Assembly: GCA_016295795.1 (NCBI GenBank)
Contig: JAEDKN010000003.1
Span: 1,680-65,679, forward strand
Source: Bacilli bacterium
GTDB taxonomy: Bacteria > Bacillota_I > Bacilli_A > RF39 > UBA660
Reading direction: 5' to 3'
DNA length: 64,000 nucleotides
This document shows, piece by piece, positions 10,460 to 19,221 of the stretch. The notes beneath the pieces were generated by a model. That model was not told the origin of the DNA. It searched no databases and was given only the letters and a program-made list of their open reading frames with translations. The first letter of the stretch is position 1. Each line of letters opens with the position of its first letter. Made by a program: the position numbers and the translations under genes.

Positions 10460-10726
10460 TTAATTTTTTTTATAAATATATTCTTTTCCTTTAAAAATAT
10501 ATTTAAATACTAAGAACATTACCTTATACATTCTGTTCTTTTTAGATAAATTAATAGGTACTAATAAAAATATCATTACTGCTAAGAACATTAATGACAT
10601 CATTCTGGTTGGTGGTATAGAAAATAATACTATAAATAATATTAAACTTGGTAAACCAATATATAAGTCTGTTAATTCTATATATTTACCTAAAGTCTTT
10701 TTTAAACTTTTAACTGTTATATACAT
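10460..10726 (-). CDS. Small two-TM membrane protein (VirB3/TcpE-like position)
   Basis: 88 aa with two hydrophobic helices, immediately downstream of the VirB6-like gene (2-nt gap). Confidence 0.45.
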   Translation of the reverse strand: MYITVKSLKKTLGKYIELTDLYIGLPSLILFIVLFSIPPTRMMSLMFLAVMIFLLVPINLSKKNRMYKVMFLVFKYIFKGKEYIYKKN

Positions 10727-10728
10727 AT

Positions 10729-12096
10729 TTATAATCTCCTTTGTCCATTATATCTTCTTCTATAAATATTTTTAGTTGGATCCATCGTACTTAATGCATC
10801 GGCAACATTTCTATATCCAGATGTTCTTAAAGACTTACCAAAACTTGATGGTGTCTTAGTTTGCATTCTATTACCAAATTTGGAAATTGTATTACCAACT
10901 CTATTTCTTCCACTTCCTGCTGGACTTGAACTAGCAACATTTTTACCAAAGTTTTGAATAGTTTTACCTACACCTTCAACAAATTTGTTTCCACCTAAAT
11001 GACCAGCTGCTGATGAAACAGTACCAGCTCCAATTTTTCCTACTCCTATTGCTCCTACTGCAGCTACTCCACCAGCTGTTTTCATTCCTTGACCAAAATG
11101 CATTAAAGACATAATTTGTTCACGACCACTAGCTGCTGAAAAGCTACCACTAATAAATTTATTTATTGTTTGAGAACCAGTTAATAAGAATGATGCACAA
11201 CCAATATATAAAATTGATTTGATTACCATATCTTTAACAGGAGCACCTTTAAAAAATACTGTTCCTTGTATTGATTTCATAAGTATTGCAGTTAAACCAA
11301 TTATCAACATTATTACTGCAGCTTGTAAAATTAAAGAAACAAGAGTTTCTATTACAGCTCCTCTTCTTTGCTTATTACCAACACTTGAGGCAAATATAAT
11401 TGGTGATACTACAAACATAAATAAAAACTCTATTTGTCTTCTTGCGAGCATCATACCACTAAAGAATAATGCATAGAGGAAAAATCCTCCAACTATTATT
11501 GCCATAATCCAATTTATAGAATATTTATAATCTTCTTGATCTGGTAATATCCATCTATGATTTGTAGTAAATTTATCATTATACATTTTCTTATTTGTAA
11601 AATTATCATTTGCTACTGCCTTAGTGTAATCCTCATTTACAAACTCATCAGATACTTTGTATTGAGGCGTAAATGAAATATATTGAACTAACATATTATC
11701 TCCCAATGACATATCGTTAGAAGTAAATGCTGTTGCTGTATATCCACTCATCCTAATTGATAAATTTGCACTTTGAGCAAACATAAAGGTGGACATTAAT
11801 ACCAGTATTCCACATTTAATTATTTCTTTTACTATATCCTGTGCAGAATGTTCATCTTCCGTATCTATTATTTTCTTAACAAAATTCCATACTGCAAACA
11901 ATCCTAATACCGTTATAGCTATTGCCATAATACCAGTATAAAGTGTTCTAAACATTGATTCATCAGATACAGAATTTACTATATCTAATGCATTTATTTC
12001 TTTTAAAATATCAAATAGACTATCTATTAAAGAATAAATAAAATTAACTACTCCCCATCCCAAAGTCCTAAGTAAATCTAGTGCTTTGTTTAACAC
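10729..12096 (-). CDS. Polytopic membrane protein, VirB6/TrbL-like channel component
   Basis: 455 aa, about 6 or more hydrophobic helices, then a Gly/Ser/Arg-rich hydrophilic tail. Context in the T4SS operon. Confidence 0.55.
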   Translation of the reverse strand: MLNKALDLLRTLGWGVVNFIYSLIDSLFDILKEINALDIVNSVSDESMFRTLYTGIMAIAITVLGLFAVWNFVKKIIDTEDEHSAQDIVKEIIKCGILVLMSTFMFAQSANLSIRMSGYTATAFTSNDMSLGDNMLVQYISFTPQYKVSDEFVNEDYTKAVANDNFTNKKMYNDKFTTNHRWILPDQEDYKYSINWIMAIIVGGFFLYALFFSGMMLARRQIEFLFMFVVSPIIFASSVGNKQRRGAVIETLVSLILQAAVIMLIIGLTAILMKSIQGTVFFKGAPVKDMVIKSILYIGCASFLLTGSQTINKFISGSFSAASGREQIMSLMHFGQGMKTAGGVAAVGAIGVGKIGAGTVSSAAGHLGGNKFVEGVGKTIQNFGKNVASSSPAGSGRNRVGNTISKFGNRMQTKTPSSFGKSLRTSGYRNVADALSTMDPTKNIYRRRYNGQRRL

Positions 12097-12112
12097 TTAA
12101 CTTCACCTCTCT

Positions 12113-12388
12113 TTAAAATAAATCTATGATTAAGTTTACTAATGATATTGCTAGAATAATTCCAGCTATACCTAACAGTGTTTGAATTATTCTTTGTTTA
12201 ACTTGCGCTTTTCTATCTACATCAGAAACAGCATACATAATAAATCCAACCACTAATGAAACACCAGCTGCTGCTATACCTATTGATAAAGCCCAGTTAG
12301 TTATTGTTTTAATTGCATTCAATACTGAATTAACATCATATCCTCCACCTTCTAGATGAGATATTTTTAAAAATTGAATTGCATTCAT
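12113..12388 (-). CDS. Small membrane protein (VirB2/Maff2-like)
   Basis: 91 aa with two TM helices, directly upstream of the VirB6-like gene. Confidence 0.45.
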   Translation of the reverse strand: MNAIQFLKISHLEGGGYDVNSVLNAIKTITNWALSIGIAAAGVSLVVGFIMYAVSDVDRKAQVKQRIIQTLLGIAGIILAISLVNLIIDLF

Positions 12389-12407
12389 TATTTAATCCCT
12401 CCATTTA

Positions 12408-12677
12408 TTACTCACATGTTGTGAATAATTCTATAAGTTCTTCATTTGTTAAATTTTTATTTAAAAATATACTGAAACTAACTTGTAATGCTTTTGATAT
12501 GTTTAAAAGCATATTAAAATTCATCATGCAAACATAACCTTTTTCAATATATTCAATTGTTTCAGGATCAGTATAAGCAAGACGAGCTAACTTCTTTCTG
12601 GACATTCCCCAAGCTTTTCTCTCAAACTTAATTCTTTCTCCTGCATCATCTCTGATTAAGTTATAAAATAAATTCAT
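12408..12677 (-). CDS. XRE-family helix-turn-helix transcriptional regulator
   Basis: RIKFERKAWGMSRKKLARLAYTDPETIEYIEKG is an HTH_3-type motif. Start trimmed to the ATG at 12677 (SD AGGAGGA); the track extension overlaps the ssb terminator. Confidence 0.7.
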   Translation of the reverse strand: MNLFYNLIRDDAGERIKFERKAWGMSRKKLARLAYTDPETIEYIEKGYVCMMNFNMLLNISKALQVSFSIFLNKNLTNEELIELFTTCE

Positions 12678-12695
12678 AATAATCCTCCTAATAAT

Positions 12696-12721
12696 TAAAA
12701 GAGAGAAAAAGCAAAGAGAGC
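12696..12721 (-). terminator. Intrinsic terminator after ssb
   Basis: Minus strand GCAAAGA-tgagctc-TCTTTGC followed by TTTTT. Confidence 0.55.
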
Positions 12722-12752
12722 TCATCTTTGCTTTTACCTACCTTTTTATTTT

Positions 12753-13130
12753 TTACATATCGATGTCTTTGTCTTCTGTTTTTTCATCTTCTGTATCTTT
12801 AGCTTTGCTAGATAAGAAAGTTACCTTTTCAGCTACAACAGACATACGTTTACGAGATTCACCATCGACTTCATAAGTATCAGTTTGTACTCTACCTTTT
12901 ACACCGATAATGTCTCCTTTCTTACAATACTCTGCAGTATTTGTTGCAATACCTTTCCAAAGAGTACAATCAATAAAATCACAATCGTATTCTCCGTTTT
13001 CATTTTTGTAAGATCTTTGAACGGCTAAAGTTATATTTGAAACTTCTTTTCCGTCTTCTAATGTTTTTACCTCAGGATCTTTAACTAGTCTCCCTACTAA
13101 AACTGTTTGATTAAGCATATATATAAACAA
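12753..13130 (-). CDS. ssb: Single-stranded DNA-binding protein
   Basis: MLNQTVLVGRLVKDPEVK... canonical SSB OB-fold N-terminus; acidic C-terminal tail (DTEDEKTEDKDIDM). Confidence 0.85.
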   Translation of the reverse strand: MFIYMLNQTVLVGRLVKDPEVKTLEDGKEVSNITLAVQRSYKNENGEYDCDFIDCTLWKGIATNTAEYCKKGDIIGVKGRVQTDTYEVDGESRKRMSVVAEKVTFLSSKAKDTEDEKTEDKDIDM

Positions 13131-13139
13131 CCCCTTTTC

Positions 13140-13547
13140 TTATAATTCATAATCATTTTTATTTTTTAAAACATGTTTAAGCAGTATCATCTCTGTCTTT
13201 TCTATAGATTTTTCATTAAATCTATTTTTGTACTTTTCTATTTGCTCATCAGTTAAAGATCTGTCTTCACCAATATCAGGATTATCTCCAACAATAAAGA
13301 AAGTACCAGCAATCACATCATCGTTACCTATTTCACGATTCCATTCTAATCCAAGGATTTTTCCTTCTTCATTACAAATTAATAAACTATCTTCATCACC
13401 ATCAACTCGCGTATACTCAATTAAACCGCCTACTAAATTTTGTTTATCTTGTAGTCTGTTAGGAATTACCTTTTCATAAGGAAGCTTATTAGGTTCGACA
13501 ACCAACACCCTTATATTTCTTTGCAAATAAGCATCACCCCCTTTCAT
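13140..13547 (-). CDS. DUF3846-like protein common in conjugative elements
   Basis: IRVLVVEPNKLPYEKVIPNRLQDKQNLVGGLIEY resembles the DUF3846 N-terminus. True start may be an internal TTG near 13526. Confidence 0.45.
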   Translation of the reverse strand: MKGGDAYLQRNIRVLVVEPNKLPYEKVIPNRLQDKQNLVGGLIEYTRVDGDEDSLLICNEEGKILGLEWNREIGNDDVIAGTFFIVGDNPDIGEDRSLTDEQIEKYKNRFNEKSIEKTEMILLKHVLKNKNDYEL

Positions 13548-13566
13548 GTCATATAAAAAAGATGTA

Positions 13567-13833
13567 TTACATTTCTACATCTTTTCCTTCATTCTCATAA
13601 ATCGCATCGAATCGATCATCATCAAAATATCTTTCTACTTGAGGGAAATGTAATATTCCATCTAAGTCACCAGTAAAATATTTTTCATCATAATCATCAG
13701 TGTTTTCACCTATTCGTGCATAACAATATGAATATTCACAATCTCTTAAATGATTTAAACCATTCATTATGGTATCCACTTCTTTAAAATCAGAATATTC
13801 ATACCACTTAATTGCATTCCAACCAAAATACAT
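13567..13833 (-). CDS. Hypothetical acidic protein
   Basis: 88-aa ORF. Its ATG abuts the TAA of the upstream 48-codon ORF (TAAATG). Confidence 0.45.
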   Translation of the reverse strand: MYFGWNAIKWYEYSDFKEVDTIMNGLNHLRDCEYSYCYARIGENTDDYDEKYFTGDLDGILHFPQVERYFDDDRFDAIYENEGKDVEM

Positions 13834-13980
13834 TTAATCTTCATTCCACATATCAACATCTTTTGAATTTAATAAATTATAATCTCGACTATCTTTAGGT
13901 AAATTATCTTTTACATATTTTTCTAATTCTTTATAACCTTTTTTAGAAGTTACTATTCTTACATCAGATCTATATGACAT
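13834..13980 (-). CDS. Hypothetical small ORF (48 aa), not in the ORF track
   Basis: MSYRSDVRIVTSKKGYKELEKYVKDNLPKDSRDYNLLNSKDVDMWNED. Start overlaps the stop of 13970..14371 and the stop abuts the next ATG, which suggests translational coupling or a split gene. Confidence 0.3.
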   Translation of the reverse strand: MSYRSDVRIVTSKKGYKELEKYVKDNLPKDSRDYNLLNSKDVDMWNED

Positions 13981-14371
13981 TATCCATCTCTCTATCATCA
14001 CCTTCATTTAGCCAATCATAATCAAATATTTCATCAGATATATATTTTTCTCTATTTAAACTTCTTCCGTTTGTTCCTATTAAAGAATAATTAATTTTAT
14101 TTTCTTCATCTTTAAAAATATTTATTTTTCCCAAAATATGAACATATTGTCCTACATTCAAAATAGATTCAAATTCTTTAAATTTATTTTCATAAATTTT
14201 TATATCAAAAAAGAGAGCTTCATCTTTTTGCTCTCCGGATTTAGTTTTATATTTATTATTTTGTGCAATAGTAAAATATCTAAATTTATTACCATTACTC
14301 ATTTCTTTGATTTCATTTACTTTAGCAATATTACCTACTAACGAAAATGAATTAATAATATCTTTGTTCAT
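13970..14371 (-). CDS. SSB-like OB-fold protein (divergent paralog)
   Basis: FSLVGNIAKVNEIKEMSNGNKFRYFTIAQNNKYKTKSGEQKDEALFFDIKIY follows the SSB beta-strand pattern. Acidic C-terminus. Confidence 0.5.
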   Translation of the reverse strand: MNKDIINSFSLVGNIAKVNEIKEMSNGNKFRYFTIAQNNKYKTKSGEQKDEALFFDIKIYENKFKEFESILNVGQYVHILGKINIFKDEENKINYSLIGTNGRSLNREKYISDEIFDYDWLNEGDDREMDNVI

Positions 14372-14507
14372 TCATCCTCCTATAAATAAAATTATTAAAT
14401 ATAAATAAACTGTTATAAATATAAATAAAATTGTTTCTAATAAATAAAATGCATTTATATTCTTTTTATATCTTCTATTTATATATTCTATTAATATATG
14501 TTTGCAC

Positions 14508-14599
14508 GTTTGTGATATACGGTCTAGCTCATTTGTGATATACAGTCTAGTATATTTGTCATACACCGTATTGCACATTTGTGATATACCGGTTATTTA
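14508..14599. repeat. Four tandem 23-bp iteron-like direct repeats
   Basis: (G/A)TTTGTGATATAC(G/A)GTCTAG at 14508 and 14531, degenerate copies ATTTGTCATACACCGTATTG at 14554 and ATTTGTGATATACCGGTTAT at 14577. Period 23 bp. Directly 3' of the wHTH gene 14597..14956. Confidence 0.7.
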
Positions 14600-14956
14600 T
14601 AATACTAAACCATTATCATTATCCGATTCTTTTGTATCATTGTTATGATAATCTTCTTCATATTCATATAATAATTCCATATTAACAAATATATATCTAC
14701 GATCACTATTTGCTTTTGTTGAATCAAAAGTATAGTAAATATATCCACAATCTCTTAATCTAGCTAAAGCATGACTAACACAACTTTCTGATTCATTATT
14801 TATTTCTGCTAAATACTTATTACTCGCATAACAGCAATTTCTATCATTATGAGATAAACCGTATATAGTACCAAACAGTGTTTTATCTCCTTTTCTAAGT
14901 CTTTGATCTCTAAAGACCATAGCTGGAATATTAACACAGGTTATAGGTTTTCTCAT
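14597..14956 (-). CDS. Winged-helix DNA-binding protein (DnaD/Rep-like HTH)
   Basis: LFGTIYGLSHNDRNCCYASNKYLAEINNESESCVSHALARLRDCGYIY fits the wHTH pattern of plasmid/phage replication or DnaD-like proteins. Adjacent iterons. Confidence 0.5.
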   Translation of the reverse strand: MRKPITCVNIPAMVFRDQRLRKGDKTLFGTIYGLSHNDRNCCYASNKYLAEINNESESCVSHALARLRDCGYIYYTFDSTKANSDRRYIFVNMELLYEYEEDYHNNDTKESDNDNGLVL

Positions 14957-14965
14957 GTTATCCCC

Positions 14966-15589
14966 TTAATAATTAGTTTTACTATTTAAATATCCAATAT
15001 ATACAACTTGTTTATCTTTCGTATTCTTTTTGCAAGTAATTAATGTAATTGTATCTTTAGATAAATTTCTTCTTATACTTGCTTTACCAGTCTTTTCTAT
15101 ATCATACATATTGTTTAATTTATATTCATATTTAATACCGTTATAGTAAAGATATATACTATCTCCTATATTCATTCTATCTAATTTATTGAAATAAGAA
15201 ATACTACTACTTCCATTATGAGCTGCTAACATAACGTTCCCTTTTTCTTTATCTGGATAATCTGATTTATCTAACATCATAATGTTTTTAGAAACCGTAT
15301 TGCTCATATGTCCTATACCGTAAAATCCTTTTTTAAGGCCTATACGTGGTATTTCTAAAACCATAGTATAAATTATTTCTTTTTCTTCTTTTGTTTCTTG
15401 TTCTTGCTCTTTAACGGTAATTTCAGGAACATACTCCTCTTCTTTTTCAAAAAATTCTTCAATCTTATTTTCCTCTTTCTGATTCTCTTGTGTTTGAATA
15501 CCTATATGATAAACAGCAATAAAAGCAAAGATTGAAAAAAGGAAAAGACCTATGATCATACATAAGTCTTTAATTTTTCTTTTTTCCAT
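14966..15589 (-). CDS. Sortase (transpeptidase)
   Basis: N-terminal TM anchor, LAAHNG catalytic His region and TLITC catalytic Cys motif. Overlaps the adhesin gene end. Confidence 0.8.
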   Translation of the reverse strand: MEKRKIKDLCMIIGLFLFSIFAFIAVYHIGIQTQENQKEENKIEEFFEKEEEYVPEITVKEQEQETKEEKEIIYTMVLEIPRIGLKKGFYGIGHMSNTVSKNIMMLDKSDYPDKEKGNVMLAAHNGSSSISYFNKLDRMNIGDSIYLYYNGIKYEYKLNNMYDIEKTGKASIRRNLSKDTITLITCKKNTKDKQVVYIGYLNSKTNY

Positions 15590-18308
15590 ATATTATTAAT
15601 CCTAAACCTAGTAAAGAACAAGCTATTGAAATTGGTATAATTGGTAATTCATTTTTATTTGTATTTGGAACATCAACTTCTACAGGAATTGCTTCATCTT
15701 TCATTGTTGATTTTACAATTATTCCATCTTCTAATATTTCAAAATACATTTTTTCTTCATTTAATAAATATCCTTCTGGAGCCTCTTTTTCCAAAATATA
15801 ATATTTACCATATTCTAATTTTTCAATGATTATTTTTCCATTTTCATCTGTTCTTCCAGAGAATACTAATTCATCATTTTCATTGTATATTTCTATTAAA
15901 GTATTTGGTAATGGTTCATCAGTTGAAAAATCAACTTTAGTAAATTCTAATGAACCAGTAATTTTTTCGTTTGTCATATTTGCTTTAATAACTTCACCAT
16001 TATCTTTAATTTCAAAATATACCTTTTCATCACTTAATTTATATCCAGTAGATGCTTCTGTTTCTACTATATAGAATTTTCCAGTAAATAAATCTGTTAT
16101 TGTTATTTTACCTTCTTCATTTGTTTCACCAGAATAAATTAATTTATCATCTTCTGTATATATTTTAACTTTAGTATTTGGAATTACTTTTCCAGTAGTT
16201 AAGTCTGTTTTAGTAAATTCTAAATTACCTTTCTTTAAATAATTATCAATTGTAATATTATACTTAATAGCTTCAGTATATTGATCTTTATACTTTAATT
16301 CAAATTCATATTTTTTATTGTCTAAAACATGATTTTCTTCAGTTTCAATTTCTTGTAAATAATATTTACCTAAATATAATTTTGAAATTTTTGCTTTTCC
16401 ATTTTCATCAGTTGTAACTTCTTTAATTTTAGTTCCAGCTTTATATATAACTTTACCATTTAATGTTATATCCTCTTTAGCATATAATCCTAATTTAACA
16501 TTTGAAAGATTTATTTTAGAGTATTCATATCCATCATCAGTGAATTTAACTTCTTCACCTTTCTTTTGGATATTAACTTCTCCTTCAACTCTTTTGTTTT
16601 CAAATTTAACTTCAAATAATACACCATATTCGCTATCTTCTATAAATTCAGAATTTTCACCAATTGTAAATTCTACTGATTGTTTATTCCATAAGTATCC
16701 ATCAATTACTTGATCAACTTCTTCTAAATAATAAGTTCCACTATTTAATGGATATGGAGTAATTAATACGCCATTCTTATCTGTTTCAAAAATTTCTAAA
16801 GTTTTAGCTTCTGGATAAGTAATTGTTTGTTTTACTGATTTACCAGTAGCTTTATCTATTATTTTAAATTTAATACCAGCTCTTGGAATCACTTCTTTTG
16901 TATCAGCATCTATTTTATATACTTTTAATTTAGATGTAATTTCTGCATTTGATAAAACATAATATTTAGTTCCATTCATTTCTGAAACATTTATTTTAAA
17001 ATCTTTTACTTTAAAAGTATCTTTAGAAGTAGTTAATTGTTTAACAGTATAATTTCCATATACTAAATTAACCAATAACTTACCGTTTTTATCAGTTGTA
17101 GCTTTCTTATATAATTCTCCTTTATAATCATAAAAACCAAATTCTACATTTGGCTCTGGAGTCATTATTTTAGATTCATCAGTAGCATATACTTTTGTAA
17201 TATCAATATCAGTGTTAATAACTTTTTCTCTTACTACTATTTTATTATCAATATTTTCTAGTGAACTTGTGAATCTATATTTTGTATTATCTAATTGATA
17301 TCCTTTACTTTGAGTTATTTCTTGTAAATAGAATTCTCCAAAGTATGGTAATTGACTAATTTTAGCATAGCCATTTTTGTCTGTAGTTCCCTTTAATAAT
17401 AATGCATCAGTATTTGCATCATAAACACCATATACAGCACCTTCTAAAGTTGCTTCACCTTGTGGATTTGAATTGTTGTTATCTTTATCATATTTATTAA
17501 ATTCAATATCTCCACCTTTTGATTTTATATTAACAACAGTTAAAGCAGGATCTACTGCTCCAGATGAAATCATATTTTGTGCTCCACCTGCTGTATAAAT
17601 TAAATACTCTGTTGAAGTATATAATTTTTTCTTAAAACTTAATTTAATATCACCAATTTGTTTAGGTGTAATTTTTAATGTATTTCCTTCAATTCTTACA
17701 TCAGCTCCATTACTAGCACTAACTTCAAAATTGTTTAAAACATTATTGTTATCAACAATAGAAATTTCTTCTCCAACTTTGCCAGTAAATGTTTGACCAT
17801 TAAACGATGGTCTAGTGTAATGTTGTCTTACTAATCTTTCTATTTCATTTCTTTCACTATCAACATTATAAATAGTTCCACTTGCCCATCTTTGAGATGA
17901 ATAAGTAACTCTTGAAGTTCCTACTGTTTCCCATAACATTGCCTGAGTAGCTGCTCTATATTTTAATGATTGATGTCCTGGATATTCATAACCGTAGTAT
18001 GCAATTAAAAGCATTCTTTCTTTTTGTTCATTAGTGAATCCACTAATTGAATTAAAATTACCAGTTTGATAAGTTGTACCTTCTGGAACACCAGGTTCAA
18101 TACAATATGCAACTCTACCATTAAAATCATATAATGTTAGATTCCAACTATGCAAAGTATTATCTAGATTAGTTCTTTGCCAATACCAACCAGAATCTGT
18201 CATATTTAAATTAACAGAAGCCGCTTGAACTGTTTGAACTCCAGATGCTATACCAAGTGCAGTTAATCCTAAAGCAAGTAAACTAAACAGTTTATTTTTT
18301 AGTTTCAT
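15570..18308 (-). CDS. Cell-wall-anchored adhesin with a thioester domain and repeated Cna-B/SpaA-type domains (TIE-protein-like)
   Basis: Signal peptide. AYCIEPG (thioester Cys) with TQAMLWE (Gln). About 6 or more repeats of T(D/N)(K/E)(N/E)GK...G.YY(L/I)(Q/V)E. C-terminal VPNTN + hydrophobic helix + KKKN sorting signal. Confidence 0.8.
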   Translation of the reverse strand: MKLKNKLFSLLALGLTALGIASGVQTVQAASVNLNMTDSGWYWQRTNLDNTLHSWNLTLYDFNGRVAYCIEPGVPEGTTYQTGNFNSISGFTNEQKERMLLIAYYGYEYPGHQSLKYRAATQAMLWETVGTSRVTYSSQRWASGTIYNVDSERNEIERLVRQHYTRPSFNGQTFTGKVGEEISIVDNNNVLNNFEVSASNGADVRIEGNTLKITPKQIGDIKLSFKKKLYTSTEYLIYTAGGAQNMISSGAVDPALTVVNIKSKGGDIEFNKYDKDNNNSNPQGEATLEGAVYGVYDANTDALLLKGTTDKNGYAKISQLPYFGEFYLQEITQSKGYQLDNTKYRFTSSLENIDNKIVVREKVINTDIDITKVYATDESKIMTPEPNVEFGFYDYKGELYKKATTDKNGKLLVNLVYGNYTVKQLTTSKDTFKVKDFKINVSEMNGTKYYVLSNAEITSKLKVYKIDADTKEVIPRAGIKFKIIDKATGKSVKQTITYPEAKTLEIFETDKNGVLITPYPLNSGTYYLEEVDQVIDGYLWNKQSVEFTIGENSEFIEDSEYGVLFEVKFENKRVEGEVNIQKKGEEVKFTDDGYEYSKINLSNVKLGLYAKEDITLNGKVIYKAGTKIKEVTTDENGKAKISKLYLGKYYLQEIETEENHVLDNKKYEFELKYKDQYTEAIKYNITIDNYLKKGNLEFTKTDLTTGKVIPNTKVKIYTEDDKLIYSGETNEEGKITITDLFTGKFYIVETEASTGYKLSDEKVYFEIKDNGEVIKANMTNEKITGSLEFTKVDFSTDEPLPNTLIEIYNENDELVFSGRTDENGKIIIEKLEYGKYYILEKEAPEGYLLNEEKMYFEILEDGIIVKSTMKDEAIPVEVDVPNTNKNELPIIPISIACSLLGLGLIIYGKKKN

Positions 18309-18434
18309 TTTTTTCTTCCTCCCTAGATATATGACTTGATACTCTTAATGAACAATATATAAATAACAACATAAATAAAACAAATAATCCTATAATAATT
18401 TTCATAAAAACCTCCATTAAAAAAAGAGTTATTT

Positions 18435-19094
18435 CTAACCCTTATATTTGTCACAATTTCCAGAATAGCATTTTAAATATAAATATGCTCCTAAAACTGT
18501 TCCATTATCATCTTGTACTTCCATACACCAACCACCATAAATATCTTCTGGATCTTTTTCCATAATTCTAAAACTATCAGACTCGCATGTATTCAAATTT
18601 GAATATTCAATCTTACCATGATGAAAAGAATAATAATATGAACTTGGACTTGGAACACCAATATACTTTTTAGGTTCTTGTTTAGGTTCCTCCTTAGGTT
18701 CTTCTTTTATTATTTCTTTCTTTTCTTCTTTTAGAACATTATTAGAACTTGATGTTGGATCAGATTTTATTGTAGTTGATTGGATATTATCTTTCTTGAC
18801 TTCGGTTTTTATTTCTTCCTTTTTAGATTCTGTTTTATTATTAGAAATAATTTGTTTAGATTCTTCTTTTTTATCTTCTTTTACTTCATCTACTTTACTG
18901 TCTGTTTCTTTTTTTATAGAATCTTCACTTTCTGAATCATCAACAATTTCTTCTTTATCATTAACTTTACTCTCAATCTGATCAACATTATAAGATTTTT
19001 CTTCATTATGTTTGTTAGTATTTATTATATAAACAATAAAAGTACCTATTACTAAAATTATAGTAATTAATAATATTAAAAATTTCTTTTTCAT
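18435..19094 (-). CDS. Membrane-anchored Lys/Glu-rich protein with a Cys-containing C-terminal domain
   Basis: N-terminal TM helix, long low-complexity KE-rich linker, ~80-aa C-terminal globular part. No family recognised. Confidence 0.5.
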   Translation of the reverse strand: MKKKFLILLITIILVIGTFIVYIINTNKHNEEKSYNVDQIESKVNDKEEIVDDSESEDSIKKETDSKVDEVKEDKKEESKQIISNNKTESKKEEIKTEVKKDNIQSTTIKSDPTSSSNNVLKEEKKEIIKEEPKEEPKQEPKKYIGVPSPSSYYYSFHHGKIEYSNLNTCESDSFRIMEKDPEDIYGGWCMEVQDDNGTVLGAYLYLKCYSGNCDKYKG

Positions 19095-19194
19095 AGCTAA
19101 TCACCTCTTATTAGAACTAATGTAGCACAAAAGTTTCTATTGTCAAAATCATCAACTATTTATTTTACAATCATAAAACCACCTCCTTTAATAC

Positions 19195-19220
19195 AATATA
19201 AAAAGACCATTTCTGGTCTT
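19195..19220 (-). terminator. Intrinsic terminator after the ArpU-like gene
   Basis: Minus strand AAGACCA-gaaa-TGGTCTT followed by TTTATATT. Confidence 0.5.
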
Positions 19221-19221
19221 A

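Noticed and set aside
14372-14578. 68-aa minus-strand ORF overlapping the iteron array
   Set aside because: Its 5' third is made of the 23-bp repeats. It has no SD, and its composition looks like translated AT-rich spacer. Treated as non-coding.
19160-19174. Mini-ORF ATG ATT GTA AAA TAA (MIVK) with a strong AAAGGAGGTGG SD upstream of the 219-aa gene
   Set aside because: Too short to support as a gene. It may be a fortuitous SD/ATG or a regulatory mini-ORF, but nothing else supports it.
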